A DNA stretch of 64,000 nucleotides from an uncultured delta proteobacterium (GCA_963769935.1 CAVYNY010000010.1:761487-825486); one strand, 5' to 3'; positions 30,071 through 41,020 are shown, counted from the stretch's first letter. The notes: a model not told the origin generated them from the sequence alone. Numbers and translations are program-made.

Positions 30071-30973
30071 CTAAAGGCCGAAAGCCTCCAGCGCCCGTTT
30101 TGCAACCACGTCCCCCCATTCCTGCACAAAATGTCCGGCTTCTTTGACTTCAAAGGGATCCGGACATCCCTGGATGACTTTTTGCAGGGCCTTCATCACC
30201 GGAGGACCGAGCACCGGGTCCTGCATGCCGACCGCCATAAATGCCTCACCGGACCACTCCGACTTGAACCAATCCCTGGCCTTGCGGGACAGCGCGGCAC
30301 CCGGGGCGTCGGGAGAATCCGGAACCATGGCCGGAAACCGGCGAACACCGGCCTTGTACCGCGCGTCCGGAAACGGCGCATTGTAGGCGCTAAGTTCATC
30401 ATCCGTGAGATGCGGGCAGGTGCGTTGCATCAATTTGGGAATATCAAAATCCGGATTGTCTTTGACAAACTGCCGCCAGGCCAGAAAACCCTCCGAAAGT
30501 TTGGCTTCACCCGTGGCCAGGGCGGTGTTCATCAGCAGCAGCCGCGCGAAGCGGCGGGGCATTGCCATCGGCAGGGTCAATCCCAGCAGGCCGCCCCAGT
30601 CCTGGCAGACCAGGATGAGGTTGTTTAAATCAAGCTGTTCAATCAACGCGAGCAGCGAGCCGCGCTGGAAATCGAATTGATAGACCTGATCCGCGACCGG
30701 CTTGTCGGAACGGCCGAATCCGAAATAATCCGGTGCCACCACGCGATGGCCGGCGCCCGTGAAAACAGGGATCATCCTGCGGTACAAAAAACTCCAGGTC
30801 GGCTCGCCGTGCAGGCACAGAAAAACGTGGGAAGCATCGCGGGGACCTTCGTCCACGTAGTGCAGCCGCATTCCTTCATAGCCTTTTAAATTCTCGATGT
30901 AGCGGGGTGCATACGGAAAATCGGGCAGGCTGTTGAATCTTTCTTCGGGTGTTCTGAGTATTTCAGACATCAC
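30071..30973 (-). CDS. Haloalkane dehalogenase (DhlA/HLD-I-like alpha/beta hydrolase)
   Basis: LRTPEERF..LPDFPYAP, LHGEPTWSFLYR, GFGRSDKP, nucleophile motif QDWGG, AGHFVQE. Confidence 0.9.
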   Translation of the reverse strand: MMSEILRTPEERFNSLPDFPYAPRYIENLKGYEGMRLHYVDEGPRDASHVFLCLHGEPTWSFLYRRMIPVFTGAGHRVVAPDYFGFGRSDKPVADQVYQFDFQRGSLLALIEQLDLNNLILVCQDWGGLLGLTLPMAMPRRFARLLLMNTALATGEAKLSEGFLAWRQFVKDNPDFDIPKLMQRTCPHLTDDELSAYNAPFPDARYKAGVRRFPAMVPDSPDAPGAALSRKARDWFKSEWSGEAFMAVGMQDPVLGPPVMKALQKVIQGCPDPFEVKEAGHFVQEWGDVVAKRALEAFGL

Positions 30974-31300
30974 ATCGCCTTTCGTGCTTTGGGGATAAAT
31001 TTAGGGTTGTCCGGCTTTTATTTGCAAATCCATTGCCTTTTCTGCTCGGTATCGGGATCATACCCCCAAGGCTTGACACAGCCGTTCGCTAAAACCTGTC
31101 TGACCCTTTAAAAGCTTTATTTTTGCAAGGTTTATAGGACACCAGGCCGCTCGGTCAATCTCGGGGAATTCAACCTGTTTGCCGGAGCGCGGCGGCCACT
31201 CCATCGAAAATGGATTGCTTTTGATTCTGCCGGCATCGCCATCACCTTCACCGGCTTAAAAGATTGATAAAAAAGCGTCGCTTTTTGCAGGGTGCCCATT

Positions 31301-31471
31301 TTAAGGCAGTTTTTCAGGCTTGCAGAGATTCTGGGAGTTGACTGCACTTCGGCCGCAGTTTTTGCAGAAATACTTGGCCGGGCGGATCAGCTTGATAAAT
31401 TCTTTGGTATTGGATTCGATAAAGCCCTCTTCCTGCAGGGCGCACAAGGTTTTTTCACTGGTATCGCTCAT
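31301..31471 (-). CDS. Small 56-aa Cys-rich protein, missed by the ORF track
   Basis: MSDTSEKTLCALQEEGFIESNTKEFIKLIRPAKYFCKNCGRSAVNSQNLCKPEKLP*, with an AAGGAG RBS upstream of the ATG. Confidence 0.75.
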   Translation of the reverse strand: MSDTSEKTLCALQEEGFIESNTKEFIKLIRPAKYFCKNCGRSAVNSQNLCKPEKLP

Positions 31472-31734
31472 CGATTTCTCCTTTCAAGTGCAAATATTGC
31501 TGCATCCGGTCTGCCTTTCAGCCGCAACGAACGGATGTGCATAACAATAAATATACACTCGAGCGATCCTGTCAAGCAGGCCCTTGCCATGCCCGCAACC
31601 GGAATCGGCCAAACAATACGACTTTGATAGACCATACAGGAGGTGACCTTATTGGGTGGGCACCCCTCCGCGGTCTGAATTAAAAGCTTTCATTTTCAAC
31701 GCCAACTATTGCCCAATTTAATTGCTTAACCGCA

Positions 31735-33426
31735 TTAGAAGTCCCCGAAATCCGCGCTATCCAGCGGGATCACCTGCTCCGGGCTGACTTTCTTGGTCTG
31801 ATGAACTGCGGTTGCCTTGCTTTTGAACTTTTTTACCGGGGCCTTGCGCGCCTCATGGGTTCTCGTTTGGGTTGGCCGGGTCATTGGCGACCGGCCACTG
31901 CCGAAACCGTTGACGCTCCCCTCAACGATAGAAAGTAATTCTTGCACAAAACTGCTCAACTGCTCTGCCTGGGCGTTCAACTCTTCAGATGCCGCGGCGT
32001 TTTCCTCGGCATTGGATGCATTCTGTTGAACCACCTTGTCCATATCAGCCACGGCGGTGTTTACCTGTTCAATCCCCTGAGCCTGCTCGCGGGAGGCGGC
32101 TGAGATCTCGGAGACCAATCCGGCCACTTTGGTAAATGACTCATTGGTCGCGACCACAATTCCGGTGCCATCCTTGACTTTATTGCTGGTATCTTCTATC
32201 AGGGCGGAGGTATTTTTAGCTGCTTCAGCTGCCCGCATGGCAAGGTTTCGCACTTCATCGGCAACCACGGCAAAACCGGCGCCCGCTTCACCGGCCCTTG
32301 CCGCTTCAACCGCCGCATTGAGCGCTAATAAATTGGTCTGAAAAGCAATTTCGTCAATGGTCTTTATTATCTTGCCCGTTTCTTCGCTCGCTTTGGATGT
32401 TTCAGCCATGGAACGGCTCAACTCGTCCATGGCTTTGGACGCCTCTTTCATGAGGTTGTCCGCCTCCGCGGAGTTGTCGGCATTCTGCCTGGTCATGGAG
32501 GCCATCTCTTCCAATGATGATGAGGTTTCTTCGATGGACGCCGCCTGCTCGGAGGAGCCTTCCGCCATCTGCTGGCTGGATGACGAAACCTGACCGGCGG
32601 CTGAGGCCGTCTGTTCAGCCCCTTGGCTCATGCCCTCGATGATCCGCCTGAAATTTTGTCCGGTTTCTTCCAATTCCACCGCGCTGAAGGATTTCAGTCC
32701 CTTGAATATTTCCTTAAATGGCTTGGTAATGCTCCGGGAAATGAAAATCGACAGCGTAAGGCCAACGATTACGCTGATAAAAGAAATAGCCAGCATTCCT
32801 TTTTTAGCGGATTGCTCCTCACGTTCCGCGGTAATCGAAGCCGCTGCGGTAAATTTTTCAATTTTATTTGAGAATTGCGCCAGACCATCGTCAAGCGCAT
32901 TTTCTAATTTTTCAATTTTTTCTGCCAGAACCTCGGCTTCATGAATTTTTCCTTGCTGGACCAGGCTGAATAACTGACGGGCTTGATCCTCATAATCCGC
33001 ATGTTTCTTTCCGATGGCCTTAAGGTGTTCATTGACATCGTCAAATTCTCGTCGCGCTTCGGCGGTAGCGGCCGCCTTGGCGGCATGATCGGCAATTTCC
33101 GCTCCCTGCTTGAGTGCCTCGTCTACTTTTTTGGTGCGTTCTTCGAACTGCTCCTCTGCATTTTTCAGTCCCCTTTGAGCTTCTTCCTTTGCCGCCAGGA
33201 CTTCACCAAACCGCAAGGCTTGGTGAAACCAAACGGCTTGTTCCAGTTGAGTTACAGTAATCTCGGTTATAACCCCGGTCAGGGGGATATCTTCTTCGGT
33301 AACTCCTCTAATTTCTTCGCCGACATTGCCTATCTTTATAACCCCGACCACAGCGGATATCACCATTAAAACCAAAACGATTACTACCATTCCAATAATT
33401 TTGGTTCCTAACTTTAACTTTTTCAT
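31735..33426 (-). CDS. Methyl-accepting chemotaxis protein
   Basis: Two TMs around a 4-helix sensor; [38 protein letters not shown]-terminal DFGDF pentapeptide-like tail. Confidence 0.95.
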   Translation of the reverse strand: MKKLKLGTKIIGMVVIVLVLMVISAVVGVIKIGNVGEEIRGVTEEDIPLTGVITEITVTQLEQAVWFHQALRFGEVLAAKEEAQRGLKNAEEQFEERTKKVDEALKQGAEIADHAAKAAATAEARREFDDVNEHLKAIGKKHADYEDQARQLFSLVQQGKIHEAEVLAEKIEKLENALDDGLAQFSNKIEKFTAAASITAEREEQSAKKGMLAISFISVIVGLTLSIFISRSITKPFKEIFKGLKSFSAVELEETGQNFRRIIEGMSQGAEQTASAAGQVSSSSQQMAEGSSEQAASIEETSSSLEEMASMTRQNADNSAEADNLMKEASKAMDELSRSMAETSKASEETGKIIKTIDEIAFQTNLLALNAAVEAARAGEAGAGFAVVADEVRNLAMRAAEAAKNTSALIEDTSNKVKDGTGIVVATNESFTKVAGLVSEISAASREQAQGIEQVNTAVADMDKVVQQNASNAEENAAASEELNAQAEQLSSFVQELLSIVEGSVNGFGSGRSPMTRPTQTRTHEARKAPVKKFKSKATAVHQTKKVSPEQVIPLDSADFGDF

Positions 33427-33817
33427 ACTACTATTGCCTTTCATTAAAAATTTAACGAAGCCGCCGATAGACAGCTCATATCAGGTAAAGATAGTCAGGT
33501 ATTTACCCGCCCTGTTGTCAACAGCCCTGCCGGTTTTGCCTATTGGTTCTGCTGATTTCGACATTTAGATAGACCTCCGTTCGGTTTTGCTTGTATATCG
33601 TCACTTTGCCGGGGAACTTGAAGGAAATGATCAACTATAATAATATAGGGTCGGATAGTACTCTTCGAACGAAAGCTGTGGGCCGGACCCCGGGCATTTG
33701 AGCCCGGTCTCCTGTTGACTCGTAAGATGGAAGAAGGTAAGCTGATCTTCACATTCGGACAGATCAGAAAATTAAAAAACCATCCCATTTTTTGAGCGAT
33801 CAGTTAAGGAAAAAGCC

Positions 33818-34684
33818 ATGGAACTGGATCCCAAATTCGCAGGCGCCCGGCTGCGCCCCTGTCGGATCGAGGTCGACCGGCGCAAGACCACCAACTACGC
33901 CGCCGCTGTCGGCGACGACAACCCGCTTTACTTCGACGACCGGCAACCCGCCGGCCTGATCGCCCCGCCCATGCTGGCCGTGGCCCTGACCTGGCCCATC
34001 TCTTCCAACCTTGGCGACTATCTCGAAATAAAGGACTTTCCAACGGAAGTTTTCCCGACCCAGGTTCACTATACGGAAAGGCTCGATTTCCATCGACCGG
34101 TCCGGCCGGGAGACCGGTTGACCATAAACGGCCGCATTGCCGCCATCCTGCCCCACCGGGCCGGGACGCACTGCTGGATATGCTATGAAGCCTTTGACCG
34201 GCAAAACCGTCCGGTCTTCACCGAACATAGCGGGGCTCTCTTCCGCGGCGTGGCCTGTCCGGGCGAGGGGGTCGCACTGGACCTGCCCGAGGAGCCGCAG
34301 GGCGATTGGCGCGCCGATCCGGTCTGGAGCCGCGAAATCAAGATCGACCCGATGCTGCCTTACGTTTACGACGGGTGCACCGACATTGTCTTCGCCATTC
34401 ATACCTCGCCGGCGTTTGCCGCCGGCGTGGGCCTGCCCGGTGTCATTTTGCAGGGCACCTGCACCCTGGCGCTGGCCGCCCGGGAATTGGTCAACCGGGA
34501 AGCCGGCGGGGACCCGGCGCGGCTGAAAACCCTGAGCTGTCGTTTTACCGGTATGGTCTATCCGGGAACCCGGATCAGGCTGGATCTGAAATCCCGCGAC
34601 AATGAAAATCTTTTCTTCGAGGTACTCAATCAGGAGGGTGAAAAAGCCGTCGGCAAAGGCTATGCACGTATTAATCCGCCCTGA
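33818..34684 (+). CDS. MaoC-like double hot-dog dehydratase
   Basis: YAAAVGDDNPLY, IHTSPAFA..VGLPGVILQG, RFTGMVYPG. Confidence 0.85.
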   Translation: MELDPKFAGARLRPCRIEVDRRKTTNYAAAVGDDNPLYFDDRQPAGLIAPPMLAVALTWPISSNLGDYLEIKDFPTEVFPTQVHYTERLDFHRPVRPGDRLTINGRIAAILPHRAGTHCWICYEAFDRQNRPVFTEHSGALFRGVACPGEGVALDLPEEPQGDWRADPVWSREIKIDPMLPYVYDGCTDIVFAIHTSPAFAAGVGLPGVILQGTCTLALAARELVNREAGGDPARLKTLSCRFTGMVYPGTRIRLDLKSRDNENLFFEVLNQEGEKAVGKGYARINPP

Positions 34685-34851
34685 GATATAGCTCATTCAA
34701 AGTTGTGAGCAGTTCTTTAAAGCTGAAGGAACTTGTTGGACTTTACGGCCGGCGGATTGATACCTTTAGGCTGCGCATAATTTTTTTTTCTTGTATCTTA
34801 GCGGCAGCTTTAAGATGAAAAACCGGTTAAAGCTAAGGGAAGGAGGATCTC

Positions 34852-36447
34852 ATGACCTGGCAGGATCTTAATCAAACCTGGCACTACGTGGAAAAATGGG
34901 CTGCAGCCCGGCCCGCAGCCGAAGCCCTGGTTTTCGGAGATGAACGCGTAACCTGGGCCGGATTCAAAAAGGACATGGATCGGACGGCCAAGGCCTTTTT
35001 GGAGGCCGGCGTCCAAAAGGGCGACCGCATCGCCATGCTTTCCATGGCCAGGACCGAATTTCCCATAACCTTCATGGCTGCAGGCAAAATAGGGGCCATC
35101 TGGCTGGGGCTCTCCCCCAAATTTACTCTGGATGAACTGCGGTTCATCCTCAATGACTGCAGGCCGGCGGTCCTCATCACCCTCGAGGAATACATGGGCC
35201 AAGACCTGGGACCCACGCTCGAGACCCTGATGGCGGAGTGCGGCTTTCTTAAAAAAGTCCTCGTCATCGGCAGCGCCATCGAAGGCGCGGCGAGTTATGC
35301 CGCCTTTGTCGACCGGGACCGCCCCGAACTCGATGAAACTTTGGCCGCCCGGGCCGCCGAAGTCGATGAGCACGACGAGGCCCTGCTCCTCTATACTTCC
35401 GGGTCCACCGGCAAGCCCAAGGGCGTGGTTCACACCCACCGCAGCATTGTTGCCAACATTCGGGTGGAGATCGACAAATTCTATTTTGGCCAAGACACCC
35501 GCACGCTGCTCCACTTTCCCATCAACCATGTAGCCGCGGACGTGGAGATCGGATTCGGCGCCATTATGGCCGGCGCCTGCCTGGTGCTCATGGACCGCTT
35601 CGATCCGGCCGCCACCCTGGCCGTGATTCCCGGCCAAAGGATAACCGCCCTGGGGCAGATCCCGGCCATGTTCCTGATGGAGTTCAAGGAGCCCACCTTC
35701 GGCCAAACCGACCTAAGCAGCCTCAAGTCCTTCTTGTGGGCCGGCGCGGCCGCACCCAAGATCATGATCGACGTCCTGGGCAATGTCTGCCGGCAGACCG
35801 GCGCGCTCATGTTGACCGGGTACGGCTCCACCGAAACCTGCGGATTTGTCACCTACACCGAGAAAGGCGACGGCGTTGAAAAGCTGCTGAAGTCGGCCGG
35901 CAAAATCGTCCCGCCGTTTGAACTCAAAATAGTGGACGAAAACCGCCGTGAAGTGCCGGTCGGACAGGTTGGAGAAATCGCGGTGCGCGGCGCCTTCCTG
36001 ATGAAGGGCTATTTCAACGATCCCCAGGCCACCGCCGCGGTCATTGACGGGCAGGGCTGGTATTACACCTCGGACCTGGCTTCCAAAGATGCCGACGGCT
36101 ATATATACATTGCCGGACGCAGGTCGGAAATGTACAAATCCGGCGGGGAAAACGTATACCCGCGCGAGGTCGAAGACCTCATCGAAACCCACCCGGCGGT
36201 TCTGTTTGCCGCGGTTATCGGCGTGCCCGATGAAATCTACCAGGAAGTGGGCTGGGCCTATGCCATGCTCAAGCCCGGGCAGGAAGTTTCCGAAGAGAAG
36301 CTCCAACAGCTCTGCAAGGAGAAACTGGCCAATTTCAAGGTGCCCAAACGCTTCTTCGTCCGTCCGCTGCTGCCGCTGCTGGCCAGCGGCAAGGTGGACA
36401 AAATGGGCCTTAAAAAGGAGGCTGCAAAAATCCTGGCCGAAAAGTAA
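34852..36447 (+). CDS. AMP-forming acyl-CoA synthetase
   Basis: YTSGSTGKPKG, GYGSTET, WYYTSDL, KSGGENVYP, SGKVDK. Confidence 0.95.
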   Translation: MTWQDLNQTWHYVEKWAAARPAAEALVFGDERVTWAGFKKDMDRTAKAFLEAGVQKGDRIAMLSMARTEFPITFMAAGKIGAIWLGLSPKFTLDELRFILNDCRPAVLITLEEYMGQDLGPTLETLMAECGFLKKVLVIGSAIEGAASYAAFVDRDRPELDETLAARAAEVDEHDEALLLYTSGSTGKPKGVVHTHRSIVANIRVEIDKFYFGQDTRTLLHFPINHVAADVEIGFGAIMAGACLVLMDRFDPAATLAVIPGQRITALGQIPAMFLMEFKEPTFGQTDLSSLKSFLWAGAAAPKIMIDVLGNVCRQTGALMLTGYGSTETCGFVTYTEKGDGVEKLLKSAGKIVPPFELKIVDENRREVPVGQVGEIAVRGAFLMKGYFNDPQATAAVIDGQGWYYTSDLASKDADGYIYIAGRRSEMYKSGGENVYPREVEDLIETHPAVLFAAVIGVPDEIYQEVGWAYAMLKPGQEVSEEKLQQLCKEKLANFKVPKRFFVRPLLPLLASGKVDKMGLKKEAAKILAEK

Positions 36448-36493
36448 AGCCTTAAGTTGCAAAAGATATTTATGCAGCGAGGGCTTATGGCAT

Positions 36494-37135
36494 TCATTTA
36501 CGGCAGCATATCAGCTTGCTTCTTCCCGAGGGGGTGCGGCGCAATGTCACCGCGGGGAAAACCTGCTGAAACGGCTTAAGACCGGATTCCACAAACTCCC
36601 TGGCATCGGCCGATCCCATTGCCATGAGCCGAAGGCGAAACATGAACCTGGCCACAGGCCGCGTGGGCACCTCGTGCTCCATGATCAGCACGACGCCGTC
36701 ATTGCGGACCACGCGCTTCATTTCATGCAGCGCTTTGGCCCGCTCCTCTCCTTTGAGTTCGTACAGGGCATGGGAGCAGCTGACAACATGGAACAGGCTG
36801 TCGCCAAACGGAAGGCCGGCGGCGTTTCCCTGAATAAAGGCGACGCCGCCGGCCGAACTTTTTTGCCGGGCCGCAAGCAGCATGCCCCGCGAAAAATCGC
36901 AGCCGATAAGGGTCCCCAGGGGATGGCGGTCGGCAAAAGCCGATAATACCGCGCCCGTCCCGCAGCAAATATCGAGGACCCGCGGTTTCTCAACCTGATC
37001 CAGGGCCGCCCCGTCCACGAGAAATGAGCGTGTGCCGGTTTCATCCCGGCGGGCATGCAGCTGGATGAAACGGTCATAGAAATGTGAAAATACATCGTAG
37101 TAGCGTCGCCGCCAAAACCTTGATCGGGTTTCCAT
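36494..37135 (-). CDS. Class I SAM methyltransferase (UbiE-like)
   Basis: VLDICCGTG, DFSRGML, GNAAGLPF, EMKRVV. Confidence 0.85.
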   Translation of the reverse strand: METRSRFWRRRYYDVFSHFYDRFIQLHARRDETGTRSFLVDGAALDQVEKPRVLDICCGTGAVLSAFADRHPLGTLIGCDFSRGMLLAARQKSSAGGVAFIQGNAAGLPFGDSLFHVVSCSHALYELKGEERAKALHEMKRVVRNDGVVLIMEHEVPTRPVARFMFRLRLMAMGSADAREFVESGLKPFQQVFPAVTLRRTPSGRSKLICCRK

Positions 37136-37195
37136 TGCGCAGGGTTTGCTTTACTTTATGAGTCAAATATGATGGAATCATGAAAAAGGAATATT

Positions 37196-37477
37196 GTGAT
37201 GGATATCCGCCTGGATCTTTCCCGGCATTGTATCGAAACCGAGATTAAAAAACAATATAACAAAGCGGTTTCGGCCTACTTTAAGGGCGGTATGGAAGAA
37301 AAACGCCGTCTGGAGTCGACAATTGAAGTGATGGGCCGGGCGCTCGAGATCCTGAATTTTTCGCATTTGCGGACCCAATATCCGCCGCTCGCCGGCGGCA
37401 GCGACCGGGAAGTCATCATAGCCTGCGAAAAGGAGGATTTAATGATAACCATTGACGGAAAAAAGCTGAAGGATTAG
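37196..37477 (+). CDS. Hypothetical protein
   Basis: 93-aa ORF with protein-like composition, co-oriented with the MFS gene. Confidence 0.6.
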   Translation: MMDIRLDLSRHCIETEIKKQYNKAVSAYFKGGMEEKRRLESTIEVMGRALEILNFSHLRTQYPPLAGGSDREVIIACEKEDLMITIDGKKLKD

Positions 37478-37498
37478 CGGGAACCGGGAGAAGCTTCT

Positions 37499-38767
37499 TT
37501 GTCGGCAGCACCCTTGCGCTATTTTACCGGCCTGGCGTCTTTTCAAATGCTGGCCATGTTTCGCCGCGGCCTCTTTTACGCCTACCTTTCCATCTACCTG
37601 CGCCACTGCCTCGGCCTCAGCGTCACTGAGACGACCCTTTTTGCCACCCTGCCCATGGTGGTCAACGTACTGGCCCAGACCCTGGTCTGGGGCAGCTTAT
37701 CCGACCGGCTCCAGCTGCGCCGCACGTTGATCATCGTCGGCGAAATGCTGGCCGCCGGCGGAACGGTTCTGACCTGGTACATCCATCGGCAATTTGCCGA
37801 CCCGGCTGCCGCCGGCTACGCCATCATCGCCGGTCTGACAGCGATTGAAATTTTCTGGTCGATGTCCAACATCAGCTGGAGCGCCCTGGTTTCCGACCTC
37901 TATGACGCCGGGCAGCGCAGCCGCATTCAGGGGTGGCTTGCCAGCCTGGGCGGCGCCGGGCGCATGGCCGGGGTCTGGATCGGAGGTCTGCTCTATGACG
38001 GACTGGGTTTAAAGGCTGAGGGATGGGGATTTTTCGAGGGTCCGCTCTTCTTTGTGGCGGCCGGCGTCATGCTGATCTCCACCCTGCCCCTCCTTTACCT
38101 GCCCGAAGGCGGCACCGGAAAAGATCAGGCAGGCGCAGCCGCAGATCTCCGCCGGGAGAGATCATCCGCCTCGGCCGCCGTTTACCTGGTCTTTTTGGCC
38201 GGCATGACCCTTATCAACTTCGGCCGCAATTCGATTGCGATTATCTTTACCCAGTATCTGACGCTGGATCCGGGCCTGGCGCTGGACAGCCGGATGCTGG
38301 CCAGGGTCGTCAATACCCAGTCTCTGGCCATGGTCGCCCTGGGCTGGATGGCCGGCTCGATCTGCCGGCGAATAGGCAACGGCGCCGCGCTGCTGGCCGG
38401 CACCATGGCTGCCGTTGCCGGGCTGTCTCTGCTGGCTTTCACGCCTGCCCTGCCCATGGTCTTTGCGGGCTGCTTTTTGCGGGGCGTGGGGGATGCGGTG
38501 ATCATGGCGGCCGCCTACACCTTCGCATCCATATTGATCCCGCCGCAGAAGCGCGGGCGGCTGTTTGCCTGGTTCAACGCCACCTTTTTCCTCAGCTTCG
38601 GCATGGCCGGCACCTTGATTGCCGGCCCCATCGTGGACGGGTTGATCGCCGCCGGCTATGCCCAGCCGTGGGCTTATCGGGTTTCATTTGCCGCCGGTGC
38701 CGCTTTGACCGTCGCCGGCCTTTTGATCCAGGCGGGACTGATCTGGTTTCTTAAAAAGCGTACCTAG
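37499..38767 (+). CDS. MFS transporter
   Basis: About 12 hydrophobic segments; WGSLSDRLQLRR (motif A). Confidence 0.9.
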   Translation: MSAAPLRYFTGLASFQMLAMFRRGLFYAYLSIYLRHCLGLSVTETTLFATLPMVVNVLAQTLVWGSLSDRLQLRRTLIIVGEMLAAGGTVLTWYIHRQFADPAAAGYAIIAGLTAIEIFWSMSNISWSALVSDLYDAGQRSRIQGWLASLGGAGRMAGVWIGGLLYDGLGLKAEGWGFFEGPLFFVAAGVMLISTLPLLYLPEGGTGKDQAGAAADLRRERSSASAAVYLVFLAGMTLINFGRNSIAIIFTQYLTLDPGLALDSRMLARVVNTQSLAMVALGWMAGSICRRIGNGAALLAGTMAAVAGLSLLAFTPALPMVFAGCFLRGVGDAVIMAAAYTFASILIPPQKRGRLFAWFNATFFLSFGMAGTLIAGPIVDGLIAAGYAQPWAYRVSFAAGAALTVAGLLIQAGLIWFLKKRT

Positions 38768-38900
38768 TGCTGCGGACCGGAAATACATAATCAAATTGAA
38801 ATAATTTTCCATTAATGGTATCAACAACAGTCATACTGTGTCAGCCGCAGGGCGGATAGCGAAAAAAATCCAGGTCCAGAGGGCCGGGCATTGACTTCAC

Positions 38901-39020
38901 CCCAGCTTCCGGGTCGTAGAGCCTACAGCCCGGAGAGAGGGGCGGTTTCTGTCGCCAGATAACCCATGGAATAGTGGAATGGCGGCCTCCGGCTCTTAGA
39001 GCCTACGGATCGGAGAGAAA
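38901..39020 (+). repeat. Dispersed repeat motif T(C)GTAGAGCCTAC.GC.CGGAGA, two copies
   Basis: gtcgtagagcctacagcccggagag and ctcttagagcctacggatcggagag; the same motif occurs at 42008-42075. Confidence 0.7.
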
Positions 39021-39111
39021 GATGGAGTAATGTTAGATTAAACGAGTGAGCAGACCCCTTCTAAAGGGGGCTTTTCTGAATCTGCCCACGCAACCAAGGA
39101 GCCGACGCTAT

Positions 39112-39663
39112 ATGAGCCTTACCCCGGAAAAGCGGAAAAGCCTGGAGACAATATTCAAGAAAAAAGGCTACACCGACTACAAATGGATCGATCCCAAAAA
39201 AATCATCGTGGCCCAGTGGGTGCGCCTGAAATGCCAGTTCGGCTGCGGCGAATACGGCCGGGGCGGCGCCTGTCCGCCCAACACCCCGTCGGTGGCCGAA
39301 TGTGAGCGGTTTTTCGGCGAATACGGCGATGCGGTCATCCTGCACTTCGAGGGCACCATGGACAAGCCTGAAGACCGCCATGCCTGGTCGCGCAAGATCA
39401 ACGCCAAACTGCTCAAGCTTGAGCGGGAGGTCTTCCTGGCCGGCTTTGAGCGGGCCTTCCTGCTGTTCATGGACTCGTGCTGCTTTTGCAAGGAGTGCAC
39501 CGGCGACCGAAAGACCTGCAGCCAGCCGCACATGGCCCGGCCTGCCCCGGAGGCCATGGCCGTGGACGTGTATACTACCGTGCGGCAGTTCGGGTTTCCC
39601 ATCGATGTTCGCATCGCCTACGACCAGAAGATGGACCGCTATGCGTTTTTGATGGTGCATTAA
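39112..39663 (+). CDS. DUF2284 metal-binding protein
   Basis: WVRLKCQFGC..YG...CPP, SCCFCKEC, RPAPEAMAVDV. Confidence 0.85.
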   Translation: MSLTPEKRKSLETIFKKKGYTDYKWIDPKKIIVAQWVRLKCQFGCGEYGRGGACPPNTPSVAECERFFGEYGDAVILHFEGTMDKPEDRHAWSRKINAKLLKLEREVFLAGFERAFLLFMDSCCFCKECTGDRKTCSQPHMARPAPEAMAVDVYTTVRQFGFPIDVRIAYDQKMDRYAFLMVH

Positions 39664-39706
39664 AATTCAGGACAAACCGGCCCGCGAAGGCCGAAAGGAG
39701 GCTCAA

Positions 39707-39898
39707 ATGAAAGTACGCATCAATGGTCAATGTATGGGCGACCGCAACTGCAACAAGCTTTGTCCGGAGGTTTTCGAATACGACGAAGACCAGCTGCTGT
39801 CCATCGTCAAATTTGACGAAATCCCGGAGAAGTACCACGATCTGGTCCGTCAGGCAGCCGCCGAGTGCGTGCCGGTGGCCATCGAAATCGAAGAGTGA
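39707..39898 (+). CDS. Monocluster ferredoxin
   Basis: CMGDRNCNKLCPEVF ... AAAECVPVAI; RBS AGGAGG. Confidence 0.85.
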   Translation: MKVRINGQCMGDRNCNKLCPEVFEYDEDQLLSIVKFDEIPEKYHDLVRQAAAECVPVAIEIEE

Positions 39899-39906
39899 GC
39901 CCTAGG

Positions 39907-40803
39907 GTGGAAAATTTGAATCATCTCACACAATTTTTACCATCTCTTTTGGTTCTCTTCGTATATGGCCTGTTCTATTTGACGGCAAAGGTATTGGTTG
40001 CCCGCAACAAGCTTAAAAAAAGAGAATCCCCTTTTCCAGGAAATTTTCTGAGAATCCCCGGGGAGCGATTCCGAAGCCGTTTACAGAGCGTCAATGCTGA
40101 TATCAACGTCTATTTATTCTCTGCCTTTCTTGCACCGCTGATTATTTACTCGGGCCTTATTACGCAGGCCTATTTCGGCAACAATACACCTTCAGTGGCG
40201 TTCATTCTGATGACAATCTTACCGGCGGCAGTTTTGGAAGCGCATTTCATCTTTAAACTGGTAAAGTTAATCAACAGGCGCCGCAAACTCAGGCTTGGTT
40301 ATGAAGGCCAACTTGCCGTCGGTCAGGAGTTGAACCAGCTGCTGCGGTATGGATATTATGTCTATCACGATTTTCCGGCGGATAAATTCAACATCGACCA
40401 CATTGTCGTGGGGCCGGCAGGGGTGTATGCGGTTGCGACCAAAGCCTGGCAAACGGCGAAAACCGGCAACGGGCAATCCGATGGCAAAGTCATTTACGAC
40501 GGCCAAAAGCTGCATTTCCCCGACTGGACGGAGACAAAGCCGCTTAAGCAGGCCCGCAGGCGAGCCCAGTGGCTTTCAAAATGGCTCAGTTCGGCGGTCG
40601 GCGATTACATTCACGTTCAACCGGTTGTAGCTTTGCCGGGATGGTTTGTTGACCGTATGTCGGCCAACAGTTTGCCGGTAATCAATCCCAGAGAGGCTCG
40701 ATCCATTCTGAATTCAAATCAGGGCAGCGTCCTGGATGAAAAAATGGTGTCCCGAATTGTCCACCAGATCGATCAGCGCTGCCGCGATGTACATTGCAAG
40801 TGA
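39907..40803 (+). CDS. Membrane-anchored NERD nuclease-domain protein
   Basis: N-terminal TMs, then LGYEGQ..VG..L, VYHD, NIDHIVVGPAGVYAVATK. Confidence 0.85.
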   Translation: MENLNHLTQFLPSLLVLFVYGLFYLTAKVLVARNKLKKRESPFPGNFLRIPGERFRSRLQSVNADINVYLFSAFLAPLIIYSGLITQAYFGNNTPSVAFILMTILPAAVLEAHFIFKLVKLINRRRKLRLGYEGQLAVGQELNQLLRYGYYVYHDFPADKFNIDHIVVGPAGVYAVATKAWQTAKTGNGQSDGKVIYDGQKLHFPDWTETKPLKQARRRAQWLSKWLSSAVGDYIHVQPVVALPGWFVDRMSANSLPVINPREARSILNSNQGSVLDEKMVSRIVHQIDQRCRDVHCK

Positions 40804-40837
40804 ATTCTCCATTGCTTTTGGCCTTTGCCGGCCACCT

Positions 40838-41020
40838 TTATTTTTTTTCACACTCCAGCACCACTTTGACGGCCTCCTGGGTACCGGCCATTTCCACCGC
40901 CACATCGACCCCCCTGCCGCCGGTCAGATCGAGGACGGCCTCGATTGGGTCCTCTTTCCGGGCATTGACGGTTAAATCGGCGCCCAGCTGCCGGGCCAAT
41001 TCCAGCTTATCGTCCACCAC
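40838..41020 (-). pseudogene. Internal fragment of a Zn-dependent alcohol dehydrogenase (MDR)
   Basis: KLELARQLGADLTVNARKEDPIEAVLDLTGGRGVDVAVEMAG with no flanking domains. Confidence 0.8.

Noticed and set aside
33500..33615. Possible c-di-GMP-I riboswitch upstream of the MCP (GGCAAA...GCAAAACC...GGTCTA on the minus strand)
   Set aside because: No convincing GNRA-capped P2 stem or P1 pairing could be built. An Rfam scan would be needed to settle it.
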